Assembly: GCA_000934665.2 (NCBI GenBank)
Contig: JYFJ02000985.1
Coordinates: 1 to 64,000, forward strand
Reading direction: 5' to 3'
DNA length: 64,000 nt
DNA from: Catajapyx aquilonaris
Lineage: Eukaryota
Both the position numbers and the translations under genes were made by a program. The notes beneath the pieces were generated by a model that had not been told where the DNA came from, ran no database searches, and saw only the letters and a program-made list of their open reading frames with translations. Every line of letters starts with the position of its first letter. The first letter of the stretch is position 1. Below, in pieces: positions 11,633-24,607 of the stretch.

Positions 11633-12428
11633 AGTCACTTTTTAGGGAAAGAAGTAAAATACAGTGAGGAATGGACTAACCGAAGTGCATTGTCCAGTAT
11701 AGGCCTATACCAATAGCTAATTGCCTATACACAATCTAGGCCTATGTGACGCGGTATCCCAATTTGAATGACTTTCGATTTTTCGCACTTAAGAATATTT
11801 TCAGCAGTTGCGAAATTTCTTACCAACTGACGTAATAGCAGCTGATAATATTATAGGTTGATTAGACTGAGTATAATGAAGTTCAGCATGATATTGATTC
11901 AACATTTGAACCTCGGATGCCAAGGGGGCCAAAAATGGGTAATTAGCAATGTCTCAACAAGTTGCTTTTCAGATTATTCTGAAGTGGACGTTTCCATTCC
12001 ACAATATTGGCAGCAACATGTTATATAGATAATCCTGATAAATAACTGTTAGCAAAGGAACTGGCTATAAACAATCAAATTGGAAAATGTTATTATCATT
12101 ATGTTCTTGTTGACATATAAGAATAAACAAGTTGTTCCTGATTGTTGCACATTCATGGCTAGTTTGAATTTTTTTTAAAATAAATACACAAGGTAAAATT
12201 TCAGTTGCACGAGTAATATTAGCTACAATCAGAAATTGACGAAATAATCATAACAAGTTACTTTTCCGTCCGATTAACTCGGGAGGAACTTAATTGCCGA
12301 ATTGCGCTAATTGCCCCGTTTCTCCAACATTTAACTTTCCAGCCGGATGTTAACTGTAGTTTAAATGACACATCCGAAAACTAACAATATAAACTGCAGC
12401 TGTAGCTGTTAACAGCAATGATGCTTAC

Positions 12429-13547
12429 CCCGGTTGGCGCAGGTACGTCTTCGAAGATGGTCGGCATCGCGTCGGGTTTGAGGAGACGTCTCTTGTACGG
12501 GCAGGCCAGGTACGACGTCTCCGGAAAATGCTTACCGCACAACACAGTGTGCGAGTTGGGCTGCCAGAATTTGCTACGACCCACCCTGTGCACCCATTCG
12601 TCCAACAGTTCCTGGTTGTGCAGAGGGAACCTGCGGGGTACACACATGCACACGTGTGATTGTACATAGTGTACAGAGCATGTTTTTCAATAATAAGCAA
12701 CATTTGGTGGGACGATCAACAGGTACGGTAACTATGCCTTGGATGAATAAACCTGGATTACTGTAGTTCGGATTATTATCAGCATATTTATCGCACGTAA
12801 ATGGGTACCGGGTACGGATAATTTACCGTGCAAATGAATAATTGGAGCTGTCTCCGTCTTCGTCCTTCGGATAAAAATTGCAACCTACGACTATTTTCCA
12901 AGCTATTAGCATGGAACGTTAAGTGCTGAAGTCACCAGACAATTAATAAATAGGCTATTACTATTGAGAGTTTCATTGTTGACAAAAATAATGCCACTGT
13001 TGCCACTACGTTTTAACGAATTGTTTTCCGATATTATTATATTCTGCTAAATTGCAAACAATGTGCAATGCGGACAACTACTAATATATAGCAAGGGGTT
13101 TTAGCGGAAATTATATGGACCGCTATTGCGACACTTCACTTATTCAGACACTACTTTGTGCAATTGTTAAACTGTGCAGGATATGTATAGTTGAAGGCCA
13201 GCTGTTGGCATCCCTGCAGCTTATTATTATTGTCACAACATAAATCGTCACACATAAGTTGTAAATATTGTTAGCTCGATCGGCAATCGTGAAATATATT
13301 TGGAAATAATCAAGTGTAAATAATTTGCTTCACAGTTCAGATCATGTGCACCAGCAGGGTAGCCAACAGCACCAATATATAGCAAAGAAAAAAGAAGTAA
13401 CCAGGCCCTCAACTGTACACACTGTTGGTATTTAAAAAAAGCGGTGGATCATGCACACTCTGTACACGTGTCCATCTCTCAGGAATTTGCCTAACGAACA
13501 TTCCAGGATGCCGAACATACCTCTCGGGTCAATAACAAAGTCTCCCC

Positions 13548-13578
<31 letters not shown>

Positions 13579-14030
13579 TAGGCCTACTTTTCAGGGTCAC
13601 AAAACTTCCACAGCTGTTTCGTCGGGTCAATATGGAGCTATTGTAAAAATACAAGCACAGCATCGGGGGTCTATTAAAGTACATCACCAGCAGCTGTAGC
13701 AAAAGTATCGATCCATCCAAACTTCCCTATTTAAAACCGCTGCAAATGTTTTTATGATTACACTTTTACTGACTAATAAAAGCCATGACGTCACACACCG
13801 CCCTTCAAAAGTATGTCACCCAGTACATTAAAAAAAATTGAAGGTCTTTTTCTGTGTAACTACCCATGTTCTTCACAATGTAATAATAAAAAAAGTGTCA
13901 GTACTTTTTTTTTTTTTTGTCGTACAATGTGTGTAATAAATACTCACTGATGAAACGACACCGGTTTCCCTTCGTCGTCTCTGTCCCCTCCTCTCGAAGC
14001 ACAGTTTGGAACAGCGCAATGCTTCACCAT
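12429..14030 (-). CDS. THAP zinc-finger domain encoded by two exons (downstream exons unresolved)
   Basis: Exon A 14030-13948 MVKHCAVPNCASRGGDRDDEGKPVSFH(Q), donor GTGAGT, phase 2. Exon B 12630-12429 FPLHNQELLDEWVHRVGRSKFWQPNSHTVLCGKHF...LKPDAMPTIF...PTG, donor GTAAGC, phase 0. Full C2CH signature plus the FP, W, HF and AVPTIF-like motifs. Confidence 0.85.
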
Positions 14031-14199
14031 CCTTCACCAAACTATGAAGCACTATTTTAAAAAAACAATATGGTATTTTAAATACCAAATCAAACCCTAG
14101 AGAACAACTAAATAACAAGAGGCCCCGAAGCCCCATCAAGAGCTTTTGTTAACCAACAAGATTCGCTCCCCGTTCGCCAGATGGCTCTGCATCTTCAAA

Positions 14200-14510
14200 A
14201 AGTCCATTGGTGACGTCACATACCAATGTTGGAAATAACCCAAGTAGGTTCCAACACCATGGCGGCTGTTCCATTGTACATAGTGGCAGGACTGGATCGT
14301 GACGTCACTGCAGCAAACAGTGTAGCCAACCGCTGGTGTCTGGTGGGTGTGATTTTAAATTAACGGACGGTTAGTTTAACTCCCGGTTAATTAATTCGGG
14401 GGTTAATTTGGCTGCGTTGTTATTAGCTTAATGTTAGGGGATTTAAACTGGGCGGTTTAACCCCCCAGTTTTTTAGTCCCACTGCAGATAAGCCATGGCG
14501 GCCGAGATGT
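14200..14510. promoter_or_regulatory. Probable bidirectional promoter between THAP and GAK
   Basis: GTGACGTCAC (CRE) palindromes near 14210 and 14299 and CCATGGCGGC (YY1-like) motifs near 14257 and 14493, between divergent start codons. Confidence 0.5.
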
Positions 14511-14952
14511 TCCGCATATTTTAATCCGGAATTTGGGTAGAAATTGAGTTAAAGCTTGTCAGTAGTTGGGGCGAACATAGGGGCGAACCTAGGGGCGAAC
14601 CTGGGGGCGAACCTGTGGGTGGATTGTACATGGGTGGATATCCGGTCGGTTGTTTAAGAACAATTCGAACGTCCCGGTGGCTGGTTCGTAGTGGGAATAG
14701 AATTCGAACGAATCGCAATTGACGTGACCTCGAACCGTTTTATTGTCCTCTGTACACTACTTTTTTTTCTGTGTTATTAATTACAATTACCCGCCCCCTG
14801 CCTGTGGACTGTGGTACTAGACGCTTCTGGAGAACAGTGTGGGACAGAAGGCTCCTTCGCAGCTGTTCTAGGCAGCCAGGCGGGGGGAGGGCGCACCGAA
14901 AAAAAAGGAACACCCCCCCATTTTTCGACCCATCTTGTGTTGCCTTCCGAAC

Positions 14953-17900
14953 ATGTCGGACTTGTTCAGGTCGGCATTGGGGTACTTTGGAAGCAGCAAT
15001 GGGGCCGGAGGAGCAGGAGGATTGGACAACAGCTTCGTGGGACACACCGTGGAGATGGCCGGGTCCAAGTTCAGGATCAAGAGGGTCATCGCTGAAGGTA
15101 TGACACATATGGAACACACTGCGGTACATAACATTACAAGTATGACCTCTTGATCAGGCCAGTTCAATGGCTTTTAAGATTGCCCATGATATTACTTCCA
15201 ATTAAATATTAATGCGACGTAGAAGGCCTCCGTGGGTCGAAAAGTTTGCATCAATCAGCTAAGTGGACACATTTGCATTTTGTTTGCTTGCGTCGCATGC
15301 AAATGTGATCCTCCGCTGCCTTTTGCAAATCCCCCAATGAATTGCGGGGATGATTTGTTCCCACATGTCAAGTACTCCTGAATGAAATTCACAATGGTCG
15401 GTACAATTTGGAGTAAGTGGAAACTGAAATTTATTCTTCACACTGTGAACGTGCTGGCAACGTATTGATATGTAAATATACTTGTGCTTATATTTCAGGT
15501 GGATTTGCATTTGTCTATGTAGCGCAGGAAGCTTCATCAGGCAAAACCTATGCATTAAAAGTATGTAATCTATATGCGGGCCTGTTTATTTTTACACTAA
15601 TAAACACCTTTTTTGTTATACCAACAGAGACTTCTTGCTGCCGACTCTGAAACTGCAAAGAAGATCGCAGAAGAAATCAACTACCTTGTATCCTTTACGA
15701 ATTATGTTTACTTCGCTGACAAAAGTAGATTAAAACACAGATTATCCTCCTTTATTCTGCGACTCAGAAAAGACTTACAGGCCATCCTAACATAGTGCAA
15801 TTTTTGGCTGCCACTGGAGTCGAAAAGACCAAAACTGGTCACGGAAAAGACGAGTTCTTGCTTTTGACCGAGTTGTGTACAGGTAGGTTAAGTCGCTTAA
15901 GTTGGGCTGAGTGAAACTAGTGAAAGTGTTTTCGGTATAGTTACTAGTGCAAAACTGATGTTCATGCCCAATGGGCATATCCGTACGTAATTTTCCAAAC
16001 ATGGATGGATGGATATTAGTGTTTACACAGTTACTTTGTTTAATTTGTAGGTCAATAATTGTTGTTTTTTTAAATATACGCAGGTGGTGGCTTGGTAGAT
16101 GTGCTTAAGTCTAGAGGAGGTAGTCCTTTGCCTCCAGACCAAGTGTGCCGCATATTTTGGCAAACATGCAAGGCTGTGCAACACATGCATTCCCAGCAGC
16201 CGCCCATCATTCATCGAGATCTCAAGGTATCCGCATTTTGAGCCTCGTTAGGTACAGAGCGTTCATATTTTTTGATCCTTCACAGATTGAAAACCTGCTA
16301 ATCGGTAGCGACGGCCTCCTGAAGCTGTGCGACTTTGGCAGTGCCACCACTCTGGTCCATGAGCCCGACCCGACCTGGTCTGCCCATCAGAGATCCCTGT
16401 TGGAGGACGAGATGGCTCAAAACACCACTCCAATGTATCGCGCACCTGAAATGGTCGACACCTGGAACAACTACCTTGTTGGCACTCCGGCAGACATATG
16501 GGCTCTGGGATGTCTCCTTTATCTTCTCTGCTTCTCCCAGCATCCCTTCGAGGATTCAGCGAAGCTCAGGATACTCAACGGGAACTACACCATTCCACCC
16601 AACGACGGGAAGTACACCGTGTACCATGACCTCATACGTAAGTGCGATCCAAGTTTGCGTGTGACTCGAATATAAAATTTCTGTGGTTGTCTTAGGTTGC
16701 ACCTTGAAGGTGGATCCCCTCCAGAGACTGAACATCACCGACGTGCTTGAGAGGCTGGCGGAAATTGCGGAAACGCAAGGATATCATCTGAAGGACCCGC
16801 TCAAGCTGGAAGGGGGTAAGGAAGTTGACACAAGCAGCCCAGGTATGCACGTTTTGTGCTACTTTATTAGGCAGTCATGCGATCGCCGTTACACTTGACA
16901 GCACAAGTCTTTCTGGAATGACGGTGCAAAATTTTGAGTAATTTTGACGCTATTCGAAAAGGACTGGTGCGTTGTGTGGTGCTTCAAGTAGGTGTGAATA
17001 GGGCGCGCTTGCAAAGCTTGGATGTGTAGGGCACTCCTCGTTGTTTGCGTTACTTATTGTCATTAACGGTTTTCCAGTTCATGTTCCGAGTGGGAATGTC
17101 CCGGATCGACCTCCACCTCCCTCGTCTTCTGCGCACCATCCCCCGTCCCGTCCTCCTCCACCTTCCGGAGCATCACCCTCCCACGCTCCTCCTCCGCACC
17201 CACCCCCGCCGCATCCCCCACCTCCGCATCACCAGCCTCCTCCGCCTCACCCACCCCCTCCGCAAATTGCATCCAACCAGCAACAAGCCCAGCAGCACCA
17301 CGGCCTCTTCTCCTCGCTAAAAGGTGGAGCTGGCTCGTTCCTCAAGAACCTCAAGGACACCTCGTCCAAAGTCATGCAGTCCGTTCAACAGTCCATTGCA
17401 CGAACCGATCTCGACCTCAGTTACATCACCTCAAGGTTCTCCATCCGTGAAGTTGGGTTATCGTAGTACCTGACAATGATTTATCCGCAGAGTGGCCGCC
17501 ATGTCGTATCCGGCTGAAGGCCTGGAGTCAGCATATCGCAACCATGTGGAGGACGTGAAAGGCCTTCTGGATGCGAGGCATCCGGGTAGGTATGCCATTT
17601 ACAACGTGAGTGGAAGGAGCTATGACCAGGCCAGGTTCGGAGGGAAGGTGTTGGAGGCCCGGACTGTCGGAAGGCGAGCCCTACCCTTGGCTACGCTGGT
17701 TGGGATATGTCGAGACATGGCCGACTTCCTCTCCAGAGACCCAAGAAACGTCTGCATTGTCCACTGCATGGTTCGAACTTGCTCGTTTTGTAGCTTAATT
17801 TTCAACCAAAAAATTTTATCCCTATTTCGCTGTTGCGTTTACATGTGAGCGATTTATCAGCGATGTAACAATATATTTTCGCTCCAAACAATCGGTCTCA

Positions 17901-20900
17901 TCGCTGCTCGCATGTAAACGGGTCCGGCGTGTTTAGTCACATTTTGAAACTCTTTTAGGACGGAAAGTCTTGTTCTGCGACCCTTGTCTGCGCCTTGTTG
18001 ATGTATGCAAGACTGTTTGAGAACCCGGATGATGCTGCGCAAATGTTTGCAGTGAAGAGGAGCCCGCCTTGCATGCAGCCGTCGCAGATCAGGTCGCTAT
18101 TTTTCGAATGGGTGTTCACAAGGCAGCGGTGTTAACCATGGTTAATGTTGCAGGTATCTCCACTACATGCGTAACTTACTGTCGGCTCCACCCGTTGTGC
18201 CCCACTGGAACAAGGTGACACTAGTCTCCGTGACGCTTCAGCCAGTACCCACATTCAACAAGGTCCGTGACGGATGCAGACCATATGTGGAGGTGCATCT
18301 TGGAGCAGAAAAGATCTACTCATCGCTGCAAGAGTATGAGCGAATGAGGCTCTTCAACATTGCGGATGGGAAGGTAGGTTTCTTGCATGTCGAGAGAGCG
18401 AGAGAGACGAGATATTGGAAAATGAGAGGGAGGACAGTGGGGCTGTTGTTTCCAACAGGTTACGCTTCCACTGAACCTTCATGTGTGCGGAGACATCACC
18501 ATATGTGTGTACCATGCGAGGAATACTCTCGGAGGGATGGTGCAGGGAAAGCCTGCGGGAATCAAGATTGTGCAGGTTCAGTTCCACACTGGGTTCATTC
18601 CGGAGGAGGAGACCAGCCTCAGGTTCACCAAGTGAGTCGACTTTATCTGTGACATGCAAACGCAACAAAAATTCTGATAACATGAAACCCTGGGGATTGA
18701 CTTTGGACTGCAATATCCTAATCTCATTGTATCTGTCGTACAAAAACATTGAAATTCCTATTGTTCGGATCGGACTTCATCATTTTCGCTTTATCCGAGA
18801 GTTTGTCTAATCAGTTCCGTATTACAATGAGCGGCTTGGTTTTAATTGATCAACTTTTTCCAGAGGTGAGATCGATGACCTGATGGACGGGGATCGTTTC
18901 CAAGAGAGATTCAACGCGGTAGTGAACGTGTTTGTGGCTGAGACTGAATCCCGTCCTAATAAGCCCATGCCCTGGGAGGATTTACCAATGAGGAATCCGG
19001 ACTTACTATTCTCTTCTAAGCTCGAAATGGAGGAGACAATGGACCGATTCAGTGAGTTGGTCTGAATTAATCAACAAAGTCATATTGGAGTTGTAAAATC
19101 TAGAATCGGTACTGCGATGTTAGCGTCAGTCGTACTTAGTAAAGTTAAAACTGTCTGCGGCAGATTCTGCAAAATTGTCCCTTATATGCAATATACATTT
19201 TGTAACGAACTGGTCCGCAGTTACGGACAGTTTTTACTGTAGTTGCCCTACCATGCCGATTACCGCAGTGTTTAATTGCTCAATTATTAGTTGCCTCAAT
19301 GGTTTTATTACAAGTACTGGCTGCCTTGTACTTTTTGTTGTGCTTATATTTTTTGGACTAGTCTTAACGACATGTGTCAGTCCCGCTTGTTCCAGGTCGT
19401 CCGTGTCGCACTGCTCCTCCTGTTCCACCCCCTCCGGATGTGTCGAAGGTCCCGGAAGAGGTTGCGAAAGTCAGGCTTCCCGAGGAAGAGGAGGAAACGC
19501 TGCTCGATGGCGATGAAGACGAACCAGTGCCGGTTGCTAACAGCGGTGCGGAGGAAGAGCTGCTTAACTTAGGTGGTGGCGGCGTGAAGGGAGTCGACTT
19601 GCTTGGAGGAAGCGGTGCTGAAGATGGGTTTCCGAGGGCGACAAGCAACGTGGATCTGCTGGGAGGTCTGGGGTCTGGCAATCCGTTTGGCGGTGGAGGC
19701 ATCGATCTGTTAGCAGGTGGGGACGGACCCAACAGAGGGACGTCAAGCAATGCACCAGAGGGACAGAAGAACGAGGATTTGTTCGATCCGTTCGGTACTG
19801 CAACTGCGGTCCCACGGGTAAGCCAGATATATTCTCCAAGTCAATTCCGTAGCTGATCCGTTTCTCTCGTTCCAGTTGTCAATCCCAAACTCGGCAAGCC
19901 AGGGCAACCTTTTAGGCATGCAAGGCCAGCCGCTTCTGGGACAGCAACAGACTGCGAATGCGACTGAAGCAGGTGCGAACCTAATGGGCGGAATGGGCGG
20001 AGTGGGATGGGTCGGTCCGGCTCCTGCCTCTGGTGCAACGCTTGGCCGTCCTCTGGGCAACATGCCTCGAAATGCCAGCACCCCAAATCTGGAGGCCAAA
20101 AATAGGGATCCATTTGCAGATCTGGGCAACCTCAGCAATCTCACAGGCGGAACGGGAGGTTTGGCGGGAGGATCCGGATGGACAGGTGGTGCCGGAGGAG
20201 GAACCGGAGGGTCCAAACCTGGAACTCCACAGGGTGGAAGCCCATTCGGAGGATCTCCAATGCCAGGTAATGTGCGGAAATTGATTGCAATTAATGCTGT
20301 ACGTACGTGACATTCGGGACTTTGCAGGTACGCCGCAGCACCAGGCAAAATCTCCTGTCGAAGGATCTCGTCCGGACTACAGCCGTTCTCATTTTGATCC
20401 AGTGTTTGGGAAGAGTCCTGTGAATGAGACGAAAGGCGGTCCGCCGTTTGGAAAACCAGCTACCACTGCTAAATCAAATGGAGCTGCCCCTTGTGCTGCT
20501 GGACCCGCAGATGTGTTTGGAGACTTGCTGGGCAGCCAGGGCTACGAGTTTGCAAGCAAGAAGGAGTCTGGTCCCAAGACGATGAATGAGATGCGGAAGG
20601 AGGAGATGGTGAGGGAGATGGATCCGGAGAAGTTGAAGGTGGCCGAGTGGACTGAAGGGAAGCAGAGGAACATCCGAGCGCTGTTGTGCTCGATGCACAC
20701 CATCATGTGGGAGGGTGGCAAGTGGAACAGGTGCGACATGTCGCAGATGGTCACACCTGCCGACGTCAAGAAATGCTACAGGAAGGCTTGCCTTGCTGTG
20801 CATCCAGATAAGGTGAGCCTTTTAACGACGTGCGTATTGTCGTGACGCTAATCGTCTTACTTCCGCAGCAAGTGGGAACTGAAAACGAAGGAATCGCCAA

Positions 20901-20979
20901 GTTGATCTTCATGGAGTTGAACGACGCCTGGTCTGAATTTGAGAATGATGCGAGTCAGCAGCAGATGTTTGGTAACTGA
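14953..20979 (+). CDS. GAK: Auxilin / cyclin-G-associated kinase (NAK kinase + PTEN-like + C2 + J domain), about 17 exons
   Basis: Kinase motifs [37 protein letters not shown]; tensin/PTEN-like [22 protein letters not shown] and VHCMDGK; C2 [11 protein letters not shown] motifs; J domain [16 protein letters not shown]...[14 protein letters not shown] at 20977-20979. Confidence 0.95.
15688..15767 (+). other. Putative U12-type (minor spliceosome) GT-AG intron in GAK
   Basis: 5' site GTATCCTTT; TCCTTTAT branch-like sequence ~12 nt before the AG; splicing restores [18 protein letters not shown]. Confidence 0.7.
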
Positions 20980-21696
20980 ATACACACACACATACTCAAA
21001 CACATTATGCCACACATCAATGTAAAACTATTGTTCTCTCGGATCTTTTAAATTCCCTCACTCATAGCTTGGCAGTGGTGATAACTGCGGAAGGAAATGC
21101 TGGCGTTTTGCCTTTTAAAATATTTAAAAAAATATATTATAAAGAAAAGCTTAAATGTCTGCCATATTTATGCCAGTGATTAGGAGGCTCAGCACAGTTA
21201 TTTATTATGTTCTGTATATGCGATGTATATATAGCTCTTGTTAGGCAGAATTTTAGGTGGATAAGATATCGAGTAATATAATGATGATGAAAGAAAAAAA
21301 AAAAATGACGGAAGCGTTTAAGTTGTGTCCAAGCGCAATAAACAATGAAGACATTCCAGAGATGTACATAAGATAAGATGGAATTTATTTTAAGTGGTAC
21401 GTACACATATACGATATATATATTTGTTGGTAGTTGATGTTACACGCCCCCCCCGTAATGTAACAAACAAAGAGCATCACAATATCATTTGCTGGACAAT
21501 AAAGTTACCCCCAATCGAATGTGGCTCAATTGTGTGGTCGAGTCAGTGAATCCTCTGCATCTCGCAAAAAAGAAATTAATCACTAAAAATACACGTTACA
21601 AATTTTTTATTTAGTGCGTCACTGGTAGAATCGGTGATTTGGGAACAGACGACCATGATTTCATACCTAAAATTTTGATATTGACGAATAGGCAGA

Positions 21697-24305
21697 CTAG
21701 GAAGTTGCGGGTTGTTGGGCACTCTTTTCTTCTTCGCGAGCAGCGGCTTCGGCTGCTGTCAGCATAACTACTCCGACACCACCGGGGTCATCCACCATAA
21801 TTAACTCAACCTGGAGAAAGATGTAGGATAGTTAACCCATCTAGACTTTGGCGCGTTAAAGTGTGGACCTGGCGTTCTGGCAAGATGACAGCCAACTCCT
21901 CCAGCAGTATCCGCCTGAAGAAGGGATGGAATCGGAAGAGTGATCCGTTGATGGCCACTGGCAATGGTTCCGGTGCCGTCTGGTAGTCGGCCAGCTGCGT
22001 TAGAGCAACTATTCCCGAGGCGACGATGGAAGCCGCCCTTCGAGTCACCACCTGGCAGATCTTCCTGATGGTGAAGCAATCCCGGTCGGTCAGACGCTGT
22101 CCAGTTGGGTTGATCCTGCTCATCAGATCTCGGCATCTGGAGGTGCGACCTTCATGCTCGCACTCGCAGTCAACGGCGTAGTGCGACGGGAACGCACCTG
22201 GCTGCCGTAATACCTCCCAACCCGGATCGACGCCAACCACGTCCCGGAAAAGCCATCCGCGATCCATCAGCCGCACCATCAGCAGACGGCACATCTCAGC
22301 CATAGGTTGCTTACACACCAGCTTCTCGAATCTGGAACATACCACATGCCCGGACTGCACGGTTTCATATCATTTCATAATGACTTACAGGTAAGTATCG
22401 CGATTGATGGACTCCTTGTCAACCTGGGCGTCCAAGTCGGTTCGGATGAAATCGAGGCAGCCGTTGTCGGCCAGCGTACCCCAGTCGACCTCGACCAGGA
22501 TGGACTCGGTTCCAGCTTGGATCGGGGGCTCCTTCGGATCCTCCTTCCTGTCCTGCTCGATCAGGGTCCTCACATAGGCCACCATGGTGTCCTTCATCAC
22601 GTCAAATGGCAAGGCCATGTCCTCCCCGTCAGTGTTTTCCTTTATCCTCTCCCTGCTCATGCCCGGCTGGTGGAAGGTGAAGTCGGGGATGAAGTGGAAC
22701 CTGTCGGTGTGGATGTCCCTTCGTCGCTTCATCTTGAAGGATGCCAGCAGCTTCTGCGCATCCGGAGCCATGTAAGCTGCGTGTGCGCTTGCTCCGAGCG
22801 TGATACCAATTCTGCAATCCAGACGCTCCATTGCCCCCAGTCCGAGGCATCCGGCCGTCTCCGTGGTCACCAGCATCAAATTGACCCCGTTGAAGCCCCG
22901 TTGCGCCATCCCCTGTCGGACCATCCTCACCACGTCCATTCCAACCGCCTCGGTGTACTCGCACAGTCCCTTTGACCAATCATCCATGTAAGCCACCACC
23001 TGCAGAGACACGTTAATTAATTAATATAATTAATTATCCTTCTAGTACGTACCTGTGGTCCTCGAGCAACAGGAAAGTCGCACACTAGACCCATTGGCAC
23101 CCCGGCTTCCTCGTCTTCCCGATTGAGCCCGTGCTCCCGGAGGAATCCTGTCACGCTCTCTAGGACAAACTCCAGGGACTTCTCGGTGACTATGGGCTCG
23201 ATGGCCACGATGGGCACAACTTCGTCCGGGAGGCAGATCACGTTGGACTTGTACACAGCCGTTTGCTGACCACTGGATGTGGAACTACCGGATGTCGATG
23301 CCCAGGCTGGGGCCAGGTCCGCAAGCATCACTCGGAAGTCGGTCAGTCCCAGGTCCAGAACCACGATTTTGCCCTTCTCTTCGGGAGGAAGAAGCTGTTA
23401 CGTTCGGATACCAATCTGTAACGTCGACATACCATGTCCAGTCGGCAGTCGCCTAACGCAAGTCGGTGTGCATCTGGACGTGTGAGTCCTCGACTTCAAT
23501 CCCTTCTTAATCTCCCTCTGGATTACGTACTTGGCTTTCAGCATATCTTCTCTACTTAGCAGAAATTCCTGGCACAAGTCGTACAACGCGTTGTCCTCCT
23601 CCTCCAGGAACAGGTCTCTCAAAGCTTCCTTCAGGACGGGGCATATGTGGCAACGTGCCCTGTTTACTCCAAATTGTACGTAAAGCGAGCATGAAAGTAC
23701 AGTGTGACACTTACTTTTGTTGTAGGACGTGGGAATAAGTAGTCTTCCATGTCACTGCTTTCCCATTGCCACTCGGACCTGTCGACCTGGACAAAACGTA
23801 ACGTATTAATAGTTGAATGATGTGAATTATTAACATGGTGTACCTGTCGGGTGTCAACGTCTGGTCTTATGAATGGTTCCGACATCCTCATTAGGTCTTT
23901 GTAATTATTGCCTTCACCTTCTGTGTATGCTGCTTCCTCGTCCAGTTCCATATCATCATGCTGTTTGCTTCTTTTTTTAGACCGTCCCTTGACGTCCTCA
24001 GAACCGGACAAAACACTAGTGGCCGACTTGGACAGCTTCTGCAGCAGTGCGAATATGTCATCATCTTCAAGCTCCGGCTCTGGGACCTCAACCCTCGTGC
24101 AGACCGCTTCAGCCGCTCTCTGTATCTCCACTCTCCATATGTCCTTCTGGGACATGCCATCCTCGTACTGGTCCAGCACATGCACAATTTTGCTGGACGA
24201 CCGTAGTCCCGTCGATTCATCATCCGCCGGCTCATCAATTTCATCCGACCCCACCAAATTTGTACTAACCGGTCCAGAATTTTGAAGAGAATGTTGGCTA
24301 GTCAT
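21697..24305 (-). CDS. Divergent hexokinase-fold protein with acidic N-terminal extension, probable pseudoenzyme
   Basis: Collinear hexokinase motifs VLDLGLTDFRV, PMGLVCDFP, WSKG, VTTETAG, IGITLGASAHAAYM, VEVDWGTLADNGCLDFIRTDLD, FEKLV, AINGSLFRFHPFF, VDDPGGVG. Open exons with GT-AG introns; TAG at 21697-21699. Confidence 0.8.
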
Positions 24306-24349
24306 CGTCTGTTCCTTTTATGTTTACACAGCATCAACAATAGGAAGGC

Positions 24350-24590
24350 ATTGTTGGCACAGAAAATTTGAAAAGTCCCGCTCTTTTTTTTCTATCGTGT
24401 TGGCAATCCTGATCAGGGTCGCCAACCGCACATTGATTTGAAAAGTCCCGCCCTTTTTTTCCAGTGTGTTGGCAACCATGATGAAGGGTAGCCAACCAAA
24501 TCCAGTGATTTGAAAAGTCCCGCCCCCCTTTTTTAACAATTTTGTTGGCAACCCTGATTGCAGGGTCGCCAACCAGCCAGTGTTGCCAAC
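24350..24590. promoter_or_regulatory. Bidirectional promoter built from three ~70-bp repeats
   Basis: ATTTGAAAAGTCCCGC at 24366, 24436 and 24508, each followed by a GTTGGCAA...GCCAAC inverted pair; fills the ~300 bp between the divergent ATGs. Confidence 0.6.
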
Positions 24591-24607
24591 TGCGTGATCC
24601 GGCAAAC

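Noticed and set aside
12381..14030. Autonomous P-element transposase
   Set aside because: Only the THAP domain is present; no catalytic region or flanking TIRs were seen.
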